Source: an uncultured Gemmatimonadaceae bacterium (lineage in GTDB: Bacteria > Gemmatimonadota > Gemmatimonadetes > Gemmatimonadales > Gemmatimonadaceae). From it: a stretch of 64,000 nucleotides of DNA. The position numbers were made by a program, and so were the translations under genes. The stretch's first letter is position 1. Every line of letters starts with the position of its first letter. Below the pieces are notes generated by a model that worked only from the letters and a program-made list of their open reading frames with translations, did not search any database and had not been told where the DNA came from. Location: contig CAWGJO010000026.1 in the NCBI GenBank assembly GCA_963822945.1, positions 32,001 through 96,000 of the forward strand, written 5' to 3'. Positions 1-9,355 of this stretch are shown here, in pieces.

Positions 1-869
1 ACATGAAGATCCAGGAGACCGACGCCATCCGCGCCTCGCAGCTCGGCGTCGCCTCCATCGAGCACTGGTACGGCATTCCCGACGCCGCCACGCCGGGGCC
101 GCAGAACTTCCCCGACTACTACAACTACGACAACGAGGCCGACCGCTTCCGCTGGGGCGGCGATATCTGGCGCCAGGCCGACTCGGCCCGCCTCTCGGCG
201 GTGCTCGACACGATGCTCGCGCACCACGTGACCTGGGATCCGACCTTCGCCATCTACGAGGCGAACCGCGATCTGGCCAAGGCGCAGACCGAGCCCTGGT
301 TCAAAGACTACGCCCTGCCGGCGATGATCAAGTTCTACCAGCCCAGCCGCACGTCGCACGGCTCGTACCAGGCCGACTGGACCACGGCCGACGAGGTGAT
401 GTGGCGGAACAACTACCGCATCTGGATGCACTGGGTGCGCGAGTATGCCGCCCGCGGAGGCAATGTGACGGTGGGCTCCGACGCGGGGTTCATCTGGGCG
501 TTGTACGGCTTCACCACCATTCGCGAGATGGAGATGCAGCAGGAGGCCGGGTTCCACCCCATCGAGGTGATCCAGCACGCCACCTCCAACGGCGCCAAGC
601 TGCTCGGCCTGCCGCACACCGGCGTGGTCCGCGCCGGATTCGACGCCGATCTCGCGATCGTGGACGGCAACCCGCTGCACAACATGAAGGTGCTGTACGG
701 CCTGGGCATGGACACGCCCGGCCCCGACGGCAAACTCGTGCACCACGGCGGCGTTCGCTACACCATCAAGCAGGGCATCGTGTTCGACGATCACCAACTC
801 CTGGCCGACGTGCGCGCGATGGTGCGCCAGGCCAGGGCCAACGGCACCACGGGGGAATCCGGTAGATGA
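1..869 (+). CDS. Amidohydrolase family protein (5' end outside window)
   Basis: SIEH, VGSDAG, ATSNGAKLLG and ADLAIVDGNPL motifs of the amidohydrolase superfamily C-terminal half. Confidence 0.85.
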   Translation, partial: MKIQETDAIRASQLGVASIEHWYGIPDAATPGPQNFPDYYNYDNEADRFRWGGDIWRQADSARLSAVLDTMLAHHVTWDPTFAIYEANRDLAKAQTEPWFKDYALPAMIKFYQPSRTSHGSYQADWTTADEVMWRNNYRIWMHWVREYAARGGNVTVGSDAGFIWALYGFTTIREMEMQQEAGFHPIEVIQHATSNGAKLLGLPHTGVVRAGFDADLAIVDGNPLHNMKVLYGLGMDTPGPDGKLVHHGGVRYTIKQGIVFDDHQLLADVRAMVRQARANGTTGESGR

Positions 870-2128
870 GCGCTCGTCTGTCACAACTGGCTCAGGGACT
901 CGTCGGATCGGAGATCCTCAAGATCGCCGCCGAAGTGCGCGAACTCATCGCGCAGGGGCGGCCCATCTGCAACCTCACGGTCGGCGACTTCTCGCCCACC
1001 GAGTTTCGGGTGCCGGAGCGGCTGGCCCGCGGCGTCGCCGACAACGTCACCAAGGGGCAGACCAACTATCCGCCCTCCAACGGCGTGCTCGAACTGCGCA
1101 AGGCCGTGGCGGCGTTCTACAAGCGCGGGCTCGGGCTCGACTATCCGATCGAGAGCATCATGATCGCGTCGGGCGGGCGCCCGGTCATTTACGGCGTCTA
1201 CCAGACGGTGGTCAACCGGGGCGACACGGTGGTGTACCCCGTGCCGAGCTGGAACAACAACCACTACGCCAGCCTGGTCGGGGCCAAGGCCGTGGAGATC
1301 ACCTGCGGCGCCGACACCAACTTCCTGCCCACGGCCGCCATGCTCCGCGAGCATGTGCGTGGGGCGTCGCTGCTCGCGCTCAACTCGCCGTCCAATCCCA
1401 CCGGCACGCTATTCACCGACGAGCAGCTCGGTGACATCTGCGATCTGGTGCTCGAGGAGAACGCCCGCCGCGGCAGCGGCGACCGCCCGCTGTTCGTGAT
1501 GTACGACCAGATCTACTGGATGCTCACCTTCGGCGGCGCCCATCACGTGAATCCCGTGGGGCTGCGTCCGGAGATGGCCAAGTACACCGTATTCGTCGAC
1601 GGCATCTCGAAGGCCTTCGCGGCCACCGGACTCCGGGTGGGCTGGGGGGTGGGGCCGGCCGATGTGGTGAAGAGCATGGCCGACCTGCTCACCCACATCG
1701 GCGCCTGGGCGCCGCGGCCGGAGCAGATGGCCACCGGCGAGCTGCTCTGCGCCGAAGACGACATCCGCGACTACCACGCCGTGATGATCCGCGACGTTCA
1801 GGAACGCCTGGGGCTCATGGCCGAGGGCATCGACCAGCTCCGGCGCGAGGGGTTCCCGGTGGAGAGCACCACGCCCCAGGGGGCCATCTACCTGAGCGCG
1901 CACTTCGGGCTGCACGGCAAGCGCAGGCCAGATGGCCAGGAACTCCGCACCAACGAGGACGTGCGCCGGTACCTGCTGCAGGCGGCGGGCATGGCGGTGG
2001 TGCCCTTCCAGGCCTTCGGCCAGCGCGAGGAGACGGGCTGGTTCCGCCTCTCGGCGGGCGCCGTGTCGCCGCAGGCGGTGCGCGAGCTGATCCCGAGGCT
2101 GCGGGGGGCGCTGCAGGCGCTGCGCTAG
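866..2128 (+). CDS. PLP-dependent aminotransferase class I/II (aspartate aminotransferase-like)
   Basis: NSPSNPTG, YDQIY and SKAFAATGLRVGW (PLP lysine); ATGA overlap with the upstream gene. Confidence 0.92.
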   Translation: MSARLSQLAQGLVGSEILKIAAEVRELIAQGRPICNLTVGDFSPTEFRVPERLARGVADNVTKGQTNYPPSNGVLELRKAVAAFYKRGLGLDYPIESIMIASGGRPVIYGVYQTVVNRGDTVVYPVPSWNNNHYASLVGAKAVEITCGADTNFLPTAAMLREHVRGASLLALNSPSNPTGTLFTDEQLGDICDLVLEENARRGSGDRPLFVMYDQIYWMLTFGGAHHVNPVGLRPEMAKYTVFVDGISKAFAATGLRVGWGVGPADVVKSMADLLTHIGAWAPRPEQMATGELLCAEDDIRDYHAVMIRDVQERLGLMAEGIDQLRREGFPVESTTPQGAIYLSAHFGLHGKRRPDGQELRTNEDVRRYLLQAAGMAVVPFQAFGQREETGWFRLSAGAVSPQAVRELIPRLRGALQALR

Positions 2129-2157
2129 CGCGCCGGACCCCGGAATGGCACAACCGG

Positions 2158-2241
2158 GCGCGAACTCACGTACCTTCCTGACGTGAGGTCGCGCGCCGGG
2201 TGCGGCGCGCCGGGTTCCCCAACCAGGAGGGTACGGCCATG
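2158..2241 (+). promoter_or_regulatory. Candidate cis-regulatory leader: hairpin with anti-Shine-Dalgarno loop
   Basis: Stem 2158-2171/2181-2194 (one mismatch); loop ACCTTCCTG (2172-2180) can pair with CAGGAGGGT (2224-2232). Confidence 0.5.
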
Positions 2242-2499
2242 AGTTGGATCATCTCCCTGATCATCGGCGGCATCGTCGGCTGGCTGGCCAGCATCATCAT
2301 GAAGACGAACGCTCAGATGGGCCTGGTCGCCAACGTGCTGGTCGGCATCGTCGGCGCGGTGCTGGGCAGCTGGATCGCGGGCCTCGTGGGGCTGGCCCCC
2401 ACGGGCGGGGTCGGCCGGTTCCTCGTCGCCCTGCTTGGCGCGGTCGTCCTGATCTTCATCCTGCAGGCGCTCGGATTCTTCAAGAAGAAGCCCGCGTAG
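2239..2499 (+). CDS. GlsB/YeaQ/YmgE (transglycosylase-associated) stress-response membrane protein
   Basis: MSWIISLIIGGIVGWLASIIM...NVLVGIVGAVLG family pattern; AGGAGG RBS. Confidence 0.9.
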   Translation: MSWIISLIIGGIVGWLASIIMKTNAQMGLVANVLVGIVGAVLGSWIAGLVGLAPTGGVGRFLVALLGAVVLIFILQALGFFKKKPA

Positions 2500-2607
2500 C
2501 GTCCGGCGTGCCGGCGCGCCGGCTGTCAGGACACGCAACGGAGCCATGGGGGCACGGCGGCGAGCCGTGCCCTTTGCTTCATGCCGCAAACGGGTGATCT
2601 TGGAACG

Positions 2608-3450
2608 ATGACGACACTTGCCCTGGCTCCCGAAACGCTCGAAGGCTGGTACGTACTGCACCAGACCTTTGCCCTCGACCGCCCGGCGCTGCGCGCCCTG
2701 ACGCCGGCGGAGTTCGACGCCGTGGCGCGCGATTTCGCCGCGGCCATGCACGACCTTTCCGGCGGCGATGGCGCCCAGGGGTGGAGCGCGCTCGTGCCCC
2801 TCGTCGGGTCGAAGGCCGATGTCATGGTCATGCACTTCCGTCCCACGCTCGACGAACTGGGCGTGGCGCAGGCGCGGCTCGCCCAGGCACGGCTCACCGA
2901 CTTCGTGTCGCCCGTCGAGTTCTTTCTCAGCGTCGCCGAGGCCGGGCTCTATTACATCACCGCGCAGCTCGCCAAGGCCGCCGACGCGCGCGGCGGCAAG
3001 GTGGGCGACGACGAGTACCGGGCCGAGTTGAAGAAGCGCGTCGATGCCGAACTCGCCACCGAGCACGTGCGCAAGCGCCTGTACCCGCCGCCGCCGAGCG
3101 ACCGGATGCCGTACGTCTGCGTGTATCCCATGGACAAGAAGCGCGAGACGGGGCAGAACTGGTATGCACTGCCCATCGAGGCGCGCAGCGATCTGATGAA
3201 GTGGCACGGTCTCACTGGACGGAAGTACGCCGGGCGCGTGCTGCAGATCATCAGCGGGTCCATCGGACTCGACGTGTGGGAATGGGCGGTGACGCTGTTC
3301 GCCGCCGATCCTCTGGAATTCAAGAAGATCGTGAGTGAGATGCGCTTCGACGAGGCGAGCGCGAAATACGGAGAGTTCGGCAACTTCTACGTGGGGAAGA
3401 TCGCGGCCCCCGAGGCGTGGCTGAGCACGCTGCGTCCGGCCGCCGGGTAG
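2608..3450 (+). CDS. hemQ: Coproheme decarboxylase (HemQ/ChdC, chlorite dismutase family)
   Basis: YPMDKKR...NWY, proximal His (WHG), QIISGSIGLD.WEW and EMRFDEASAKYGEFG; start could be 2581. Confidence 0.85.
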   Translation: MTTLALAPETLEGWYVLHQTFALDRPALRALTPAEFDAVARDFAAAMHDLSGGDGAQGWSALVPLVGSKADVMVMHFRPTLDELGVAQARLAQARLTDFVSPVEFFLSVAEAGLYYITAQLAKAADARGGKVGDDEYRAELKKRVDAELATEHVRKRLYPPPPSDRMPYVCVYPMDKKRETGQNWYALPIEARSDLMKWHGLTGRKYAGRVLQIISGSIGLDVWEWAVTLFAADPLEFKKIVSEMRFDEASAKYGEFGNFYVGKIAAPEAWLSTLRPAAG

Positions 3451-3495
3451 GAGCGGAACCGTCCACCGACATCCCCAAGGGGAGGAAGGCGACCG

Positions 3496-5088
3496 ATGCT
3501 CGTGACCCTGCTGCTGCTGTTCGTTCAGCAGACCACGCCGCCAATCCAGCGCGACACCGTGCTGCCCGATACGGCGCGTCTGGTGGTGGCCAACCGGACC
3601 GTGACCGTCTTCCGGGCACCGCTCGGCGCGCTGTCGCCCGCCGAGCGGGCGGCGGCGGCGATGGTCCGGATCGACTCCGCGGTGGCTCGCGGGCACGATT
3701 CGGTGGACGTGACGCCGGCGGCGGAGGGGCTGCTGGTGCGGGCCGGCGGCGTGGCGATGTTCGTGGTGACGCCGGGCGACGTGCACGCCACGGGGCGCGA
3801 CACGGTGGCCAACCGCGACTCGCTGGTCCTGGCGGCCCGTGCGGCCGCCGAGACGCTGCGCCTGTCCTTGCGCGACGCACGCGACGCGCAGAGCGTCAAG
3901 GCCATTCTGATCGGGCTGCTGCTGGCGCTGCTCGCCACGGCTATTCTCGTCGTGCTCTTCCGCCTGCTGTTCAAAGCGCGCCGTGCATTGCTGGCGCGTG
4001 TGCGGGCTTTCTCGGCGCGGGCCGCCCCCCAGTTGGAATTCCGCGGCACGCCGCTCATGCGAGCCAACCAGATCGCGAAGTTCCTGCGGCACACCATCAC
4101 CTGGGTCAGTGCCGCGCTCGTGGTGCTGGCGCTGTACGTCTACACGGGCTACGTGCTCACGCGGTTTCCCTGGACGCGTCCCGCGGGCGAGGCGCTGGGC
4201 AACTACCTGGGCACGACCCTGCTTCATCTGGGGGGCTCGCTGCTGCATGCGGTGCCCAAGCTGTTCACGATCTTCCTCATCTTCGTGATCACGCGGTTCG
4301 CGACGAACATCGTCCGCACGCTGTTCGACGCGCTGGGCCAGCAGCGGATCACGATTCCCGGCATCCATCCCGATACGGCGCAGCCCACGCGGCGCATCGC
4401 GAATGCGCTGCTCTGGATGTTCGCCATCGTCGTCGCGTATCCCTACGTCCCCGGCAGCGATTCGGCGGCGTTCAAGGGCGTGTCGGTGTTCGGCGGCCTG
4501 CTGATCACGCTGGGGTCGGCGGGGCTGGTGGGGCAGGCGATGAGCGGGCTGGTGTTGATGTATTCACGCAGCTTCCGGGTGGGGCAGTTCATCCAGGCCG
4601 GGACACTGCAGGGCACGGTACTGGAACTGGGCCTGCTGGCCACGAGGTTGCGGACGCCCAAGAACGAGATCGTGACGCTTCCCAACACGGTGGTGATCGG
4701 CGCTGCCGTCACCAACTACAGCGCGGCCACGGAATACGGCCATCCGCTGCTCATCTACTCGTCGGTGACCATCGGGTACGACGTGCCCTGGCGCCGCGTG
4801 CACGAGCTGCTGATCGCGGCGGCGACCGGCCTCGACTTCGTGCTCGGGGAGCCGGCGCCGTTCGTGCTGCAGCGCGCGCTCGACGACTCGTACGTGGAGT
4901 ACCAGGTGAACGCGGCCATCGACGCGGCGCGGGCTGACGAACTGCCGTCGTTGTACGCCAAGCTCCACGCGGCCATTCAGGATACGTTCGCGGACGGGGA
5001 CGTGGAGATCATGTCGCCGAGTTATCTGAGCATGCGCGACGGGAACAAGTCCACGGTGCCGGTGCGCAGCGGGCCGGCAGCCGGCTGA
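3496..5088 (+). CDS. MscS-family mechanosensitive channel with N-terminal periplasmic domain
   Basis: Several TM segments; FRVGQFI, VTLPN, VTIGYDVPW and VEIMSP motifs. Confidence 0.88.
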   Translation: MLVTLLLLFVQQTTPPIQRDTVLPDTARLVVANRTVTVFRAPLGALSPAERAAAAMVRIDSAVARGHDSVDVTPAAEGLLVRAGGVAMFVVTPGDVHATGRDTVANRDSLVLAARAAAETLRLSLRDARDAQSVKAILIGLLLALLATAILVVLFRLLFKARRALLARVRAFSARAAPQLEFRGTPLMRANQIAKFLRHTITWVSAALVVLALYVYTGYVLTRFPWTRPAGEALGNYLGTTLLHLGGSLLHAVPKLFTIFLIFVITRFATNIVRTLFDALGQQRITIPGIHPDTAQPTRRIANALLWMFAIVVAYPYVPGSDSAAFKGVSVFGGLLITLGSAGLVGQAMSGLVLMYSRSFRVGQFIQAGTLQGTVLELGLLATRLRTPKNEIVTLPNTVVIGAAVTNYSAATEYGHPLLIYSSVTIGYDVPWRRVHELLIAAATGLDFVLGEPAPFVLQRALDDSYVEYQVNAAIDAARADELPSLYAKLHAAIQDTFADGDVEIMSPSYLSMRDGNKSTVPVRSGPAAG

Positions 5089-5229
5089 GCCCACCCGGTG
5101 TCGGTCATGCCGTCGCCAGGGGCTGCCGTTTAATCGATTCCTAATCATCGATTCATGGCGGAACAGCCGATCGGCCTTAGCTTGGCCAGCGCTGCATCTC
5201 CCCCACGCATACCGACCGGGAGGACCGCG

Positions 5230-6051
5230 ATGACGGAAGCTGGCACACACCGGCCCGGAGCCGGACTCGTTCCCGCAACGCTATCCCGGAAATCGTATTC
5301 GGCCTGGCTCGTGGCGGCCGCCGTACTCGGGGCGGCTTCCCTGCTGGTTGGCGTCTTCGCCGTGCTGGCAACACGGTCGCACCCGGCCGTCACGGGACCA
5401 TCGGGCGATTTTGCCGGCTACCTCGCGAAGGACGTCGGTTCCGGATTGCCGGTGGCGCTCAATCCGGGATTCGTGCTGGCGGTCGACGGCCCGGGCCTCT
5501 CGGCGCGGGCCCGCGCCGTCCGCCTCGGCGCCCGGATCGTGGACCTCGAGGTCGTGGCGCTGGCGCGCGACGACGCGAGCGACGCGGCGTACTACCATCG
5601 CGATCCGATCGCGCTGGCCACCGTCGCCTACAACTCGGATCTCGTGGTTCAGCTCGCCGACAGTCTGGTCTCGACGCTGCGTGCGGTCGGCGGCTCCGAG
5701 AACGCCGAGCGGCTGTATGCCTATGTGGCCTCCGATGGCCGGCGGGGAGCGACCGTCGGCGGGGAACTGGAGATGGCGCGACGGGAACTCCGGAGCCTCG
5801 AGCCGCGATTCGTCGCGCTCGGGAACTGGATCGAGGCCGCGCGCGTGGCGGCGCTTCGCGGCGATCGGAAGTTCTTCGCGTCCTGGGTGAGCGCAGCCAT
5901 GGCCGCGCGCGCGCCGGCGATCGCGGGAATCCCCGCAGAGGCGCGCGCGTCGCTGACGGACGTCCGGGCGCTGATCTCCGCCGGACTCCCGGACGATTCG
6001 CTCGCCGTCGCCCGGGGCCTGACACGGGCGCTGACGGCGCTCACGCGCTGA
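5230..6051 (+). CDS. Hypothetical single-TM protein
   Basis: GGGAGG RBS before ATG 5230; one hydrophobic helix followed by a helical-looking domain. Confidence 0.65.
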   Translation: MTEAGTHRPGAGLVPATLSRKSYSAWLVAAAVLGAASLLVGVFAVLATRSHPAVTGPSGDFAGYLAKDVGSGLPVALNPGFVLAVDGPGLSARARAVRLGARIVDLEVVALARDDASDAAYYHRDPIALATVAYNSDLVVQLADSLVSTLRAVGGSENAERLYAYVASDGRRGATVGGELEMARRELRSLEPRFVALGNWIEAARVAALRGDRKFFASWVSAAMAARAPAIAGIPAEARASLTDVRALISAGLPDDSLAVARGLTRALTALTR

Positions 6052-6193
6052 GCATCGGCCGTCGACACTCTGCAGACCTTCGACTTCGGGGGCGGCGAAC
6101 GGTACGGAGGCGGAGGCCTCTAACGGCCGCGTCTCGAAACGGCGAGGCCCGCGGCCACTTGCCCGCCGGCCCTCATCGCTACAACGTCCCATC

Positions 6194-6571
6194 ATGCCAG
6201 ACCCCAACGTTCCCTTCGTCTCCCCCGCAGCCGCGCTGCCCGCCAACGCGGTGAAGGCCGGCACCGCCACCAACATGCAGGTGCTCGTGGGCCCCGACAC
6301 CGGCGCTCCCAACTTCGCGCTCCGCCGCTTCATCATGGGGCCGGGCGGTGGCATGCCGCTGCACACCAACGAGGTGGAGCACGAGCAGTACGTGCTGCGC
6401 GGCCGCGCCCGCATCCGCATCGGCAACGACGTGCACGAAGTGGCGCCGGACACCACGCTCTACATCCCGGCCGGCGTGCCGCACAGCTACGAGGTGCTCG
6501 AGGCGCCCTTCGAATTCCTGTGCGTGGTTCCCAACCGCCCCGACCAGATCCGGCTCGTCGAGGGCTGCTGA
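6194..6571 (+). CDS. Cupin domain protein
   Basis: MPLHTN.VEHEQYVLRG and YIPAGVPHSY cupin motifs. Confidence 0.9.
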   Translation: MPDPNVPFVSPAAALPANAVKAGTATNMQVLVGPDTGAPNFALRRFIMGPGGGMPLHTNEVEHEQYVLRGRARIRIGNDVHEVAPDTTLYIPAGVPHSYEVLEAPFEFLCVVPNRPDQIRLVEGC

Positions 6572-6575
6572 ACCC

Positions 6576-7868
6576 TCACCCGCGCAGCCGGAATTCGCGT
6601 CCCGCCAGGCGGTAGCCGCCCTCGATGCCGACCGCGAGTGCGAGCATCACGAACAGCACCCAGAGTTTTGCCGGGTCGGTGACCCAGGTGTGCCAGACGA
6701 GCGCGCCCAACGCCGCGACGCACGCCGCTGCGCCCGCCATCGAGATCCACCGCCGGCTGCCCGTGTTGCCGGCGCGGCGCACGTTGGCGGCGTTGACCGC
6801 GGCGAAGATCAACAGGAACCCCGCGCTTCCCAGCGTCGAGATGCTGGTGAGGTCGAACGCATTGGCCACCACGAGCGTGAGCGCGGCGGTGATCAGCAGC
6901 CCTTCGATGGGCGTCCCCCACACCTTCCGCTCCAGCTGCGCCGGCAATTCGCCGTCGCGCGCGATGCCGTAGCTCAGCCGCGCCGCGCCGTACAGGGTGG
7001 CGTTGATGGCCGAGGCCGTGGACAACAGCGCGGCGGTGGCGATGAGCGTGAACCCGGCCTGGCCCAGGAAGGGCCGCGCCGCTTCGGCCAACGCGTAGTC
7101 CCTGGCCGCCACGATCCGGCTGACCGACAGATTCCCCACCGTCACCAGCGCCACGAGGACGTACAGCACGATCACGAATCCCACCGCCACGTAGTACGCG
7201 CGGGGCAGTGTGCGCGACGCGTCGCGCACGTCCTCCGCCGTGTTCGCGATCAGTTCGAAGCCCTCGTACGCCAGGAAGATGATCATCCCGCCGGCAGCCA
7301 GCTGCAGCGGCGGTGTCCAGGAGGCCGGGGCGACCTGCGCGGCATGAATGCCGAACGCGCCCACCGCGACGAATACCAGCAGGATCGTGATCTTCAACCC
7401 GACGATCCAGTCCTCGGCCCGGCCGATCCACTCGGCGCTCAGCAGGTTGAGCCCCGTGATGCCCACCACGCTCCCCGTCACCAACGCGTGCTTGGCCACG
7501 CCCTGCCACGCGTGCGGAAAGAAGGTGGCGCCGTAGCTGCCGAACGCGAACGCGTAGAGCGACAGCATCACCACGTAGCTCAACCAGAGCAGGACGTTGA
7601 GGCTGCCGGTGATCAGCCCTGCGCCGAACGCGCGGTCCAGGAACGTGACCGTGCCGCCGCGGCTGGGATACGCAACGCTGAGCCGGGCGTACGAGTACGC
7701 GGTGAGCAGGGCGACGACCCCCGCCAGCGCGAAGGCCACCGGCGTGCCGCCGTGCGCCAGTTGCACGGCCAGCCCCAGGACGGCGAAGATGCCGCCCCCG
7801 ACCATGCCCCCCACGCCGATGGCGACCGCCGCCCAGAGGCCGATCTTGCCGTCGCTCGCTCTGCCCAT
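6576..7868 (-). CDS. APC-family amino acid permease
   Basis: GGMVGGGIFA, FLAYEGFELIAN; about 12 TM helices. Confidence 0.9.
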   Translation of the reverse strand: MGRASDGKIGLWAAVAIGVGGMVGGGIFAVLGLAVQLAHGGTPVAFALAGVVALLTAYSYARLSVAYPSRGGTVTFLDRAFGAGLITGSLNVLLWLSYVVMLSLYAFAFGSYGATFFPHAWQGVAKHALVTGSVVGITGLNLLSAEWIGRAEDWIVGLKITILLVFVAVGAFGIHAAQVAPASWTPPLQLAAGGMIIFLAYEGFELIANTAEDVRDASRTLPRAYYVAVGFVIVLYVLVALVTVGNLSVSRIVAARDYALAEAARPFLGQAGFTLIATAALLSTASAINATLYGAARLSYGIARDGELPAQLERKVWGTPIEGLLITAALTLVVANAFDLTSISTLGSAGFLLIFAAVNAANVRRAGNTGSRRWISMAGAAACVAALGALVWHTWVTDPAKLWVLFVMLALAVGIEGGYRLAGREFRLRG

Positions 7869-7942
7869 GGGCCCATACTAACCCGTTCCGGCCGGCGGTG
7901 GCCCACCGTTCCCCCACGCCGCGGTCGGGAGTACCTTCCAGC

Positions 7943-8353
7943 ATGCTGACCTATCCGGCGGCCCGGGACACCCTCGTCAACCAGCTCCGCGCCGACGCGG
8001 CGTCGCATCGCGCCGTGCAGTACGACGCCATCGGCCGCCGCTTCGACCGTGTCGAGCACGAGTTCCCCACCGGCACGGCGCCGGAGTTGGCCAAGCTCCA
8101 CATCGCGCTGGCGTTCTGGGACGGATGGATCGACGCCCGCAACAACGGGTGGCCCCGCGGGCCGATTGCCGAGGCCGACTGGCCTGCGCTCGCCGAGTCT
8201 GTGGCCGACGACCTCGCCGCCGACCATGAGATCGGCAATCCGCTGGTACTCGCGCGCTTCGACATCGTCCGGCATCCGAACCTCAACGAACGGGTGCAGA
8301 CCCTGGCCGCGCGCCTCCGCAAGCGCGACGGAGAAGGAAACGTCGTCGCGTGA
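7943..8353 (+). CDS. Hypothetical protein
   Basis: Coding-like ORF with an ALAFWDGWIDARN motif; stop overlaps the def start (GTGA). Confidence 0.7.
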   Translation: MLTYPAARDTLVNQLRADAASHRAVQYDAIGRRFDRVEHEFPTGTAPELAKLHIALAFWDGWIDARNNGWPRGPIAEADWPALAESVADDLAADHEIGNPLVLARFDIVRHPNLNERVQTLAARLRKRDGEGNVVA

Positions 8354-8859
8354 GGGACCTTCCCATCGAGCTGCTCGGCTCTCCGCTGCTTCGACAGCGC
8401 GCCGCCGAGATCGAACATTTCGACGACGCCCTGCGCGAACTCGTCCAGGCCATGTTCCGTACCATGTACCGGGCCCAGGGGCAGGGGCTGGCCGGTCCGC
8501 AGGTCGGCGTGCTGCAGCGTGTGATCGTGATCGACATGCCCGACGACGACTCGGCGGCGCTCGCGCTCGTCAATCCGACGGTCGTGGAACGTGCGTCGCA
8601 GACCCGGAAGTTCGAGGAGGGCTGTCTGAGCATTCCCGGGGTGACGGCCCCCGTGGCACGGAGTACCCGCGTCGTCGTCGAGGCCCGCACGCCCGACGGC
8701 GCGCCGATCCGGATCGAGGCAGAGGACGCGCTCGCCGACTGCCTGCAGCACGAGATCGATCACCTGGACGGGGTGTTGTACATCGACCACCTCTCCCACC
8801 TGCAGCGCCAGCTGCTGCTCAAACGCTACCGGAAACTCGAGACGCGCCGGCAGGCCTGA
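8350..8859 (+). CDS. def: Peptide deformylase
   Basis: GLAGPQVG, EGCLS and QHEIDHLDG motifs. Confidence 0.95.
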   Translation: MRDLPIELLGSPLLRQRAAEIEHFDDALRELVQAMFRTMYRAQGQGLAGPQVGVLQRVIVIDMPDDDSAALALVNPTVVERASQTRKFEEGCLSIPGVTAPVARSTRVVVEARTPDGAPIRIEAEDALADCLQHEIDHLDGVLYIDHLSHLQRQLLLKRYRKLETRRQA

Positions 8860-8881
8860 CCGGCGCTCGAGGAGGATACCG

Positions 8882-9328
8882 ATGGCCGATGCCCGACTCT
8901 CTCAAACGCTGATCGGCACCTGGGAACTCTACGCCCGCGAGGACCGCACCCCGGCCGGTGACCTGCGCGTCGATCCGGCGTTGGGGGCCGACCCGGTGGC
9001 GCTCCTCTACTACGACCGCGGTGGCCACTTCGCCGCGCAGTTCATGAAGCGCGACCGGTCGGGGGTCGAAGCCGAAGCCGGCAGCGCCGGCCCCAACAAC
9101 AGCCGTGCACGCGGCGGCTACGACGCGTACTTCGGCGAGTACTCGGTGAACGACGCCGACGGCACCGTGACCCAGCGGCTCACCGGCGCGCTCTCCCCCG
9201 AGAACGTGGGGCAGGTGCTCACGCGCGGCATGACGGTGCGGGGCGATGAACTCGTCATCGAACTCGACACCGCGTCGGTGACGGGCGAGCCGGTCACCCG
9301 AACGCTGCGCTGGCGGCGCGTCGGATAA
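8882..9328 (+). CDS. Lipocalin-like domain protein
   Basis: LIGTWEL N-terminal motif, AYFGEYSV, C-terminal LRWRR; GGAGG RBS. Confidence 0.8.
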   Translation: MADARLSQTLIGTWELYAREDRTPAGDLRVDPALGADPVALLYYDRGGHFAAQFMKRDRSGVEAEAGSAGPNNSRARGGYDAYFGEYSVNDADGTVTQRLTGALSPENVGQVLTRGMTVRGDELVIELDTASVTGEPVTRTLRWRRVG

Positions 9329-9355
9329 CGCGCCATCGCCGCCCGGCCACCCCGC

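Noticed and set aside
2146..2160. TGGCAC as a sigma-54 promoter
   Set aside because: GG-N10-GC spacing is not met
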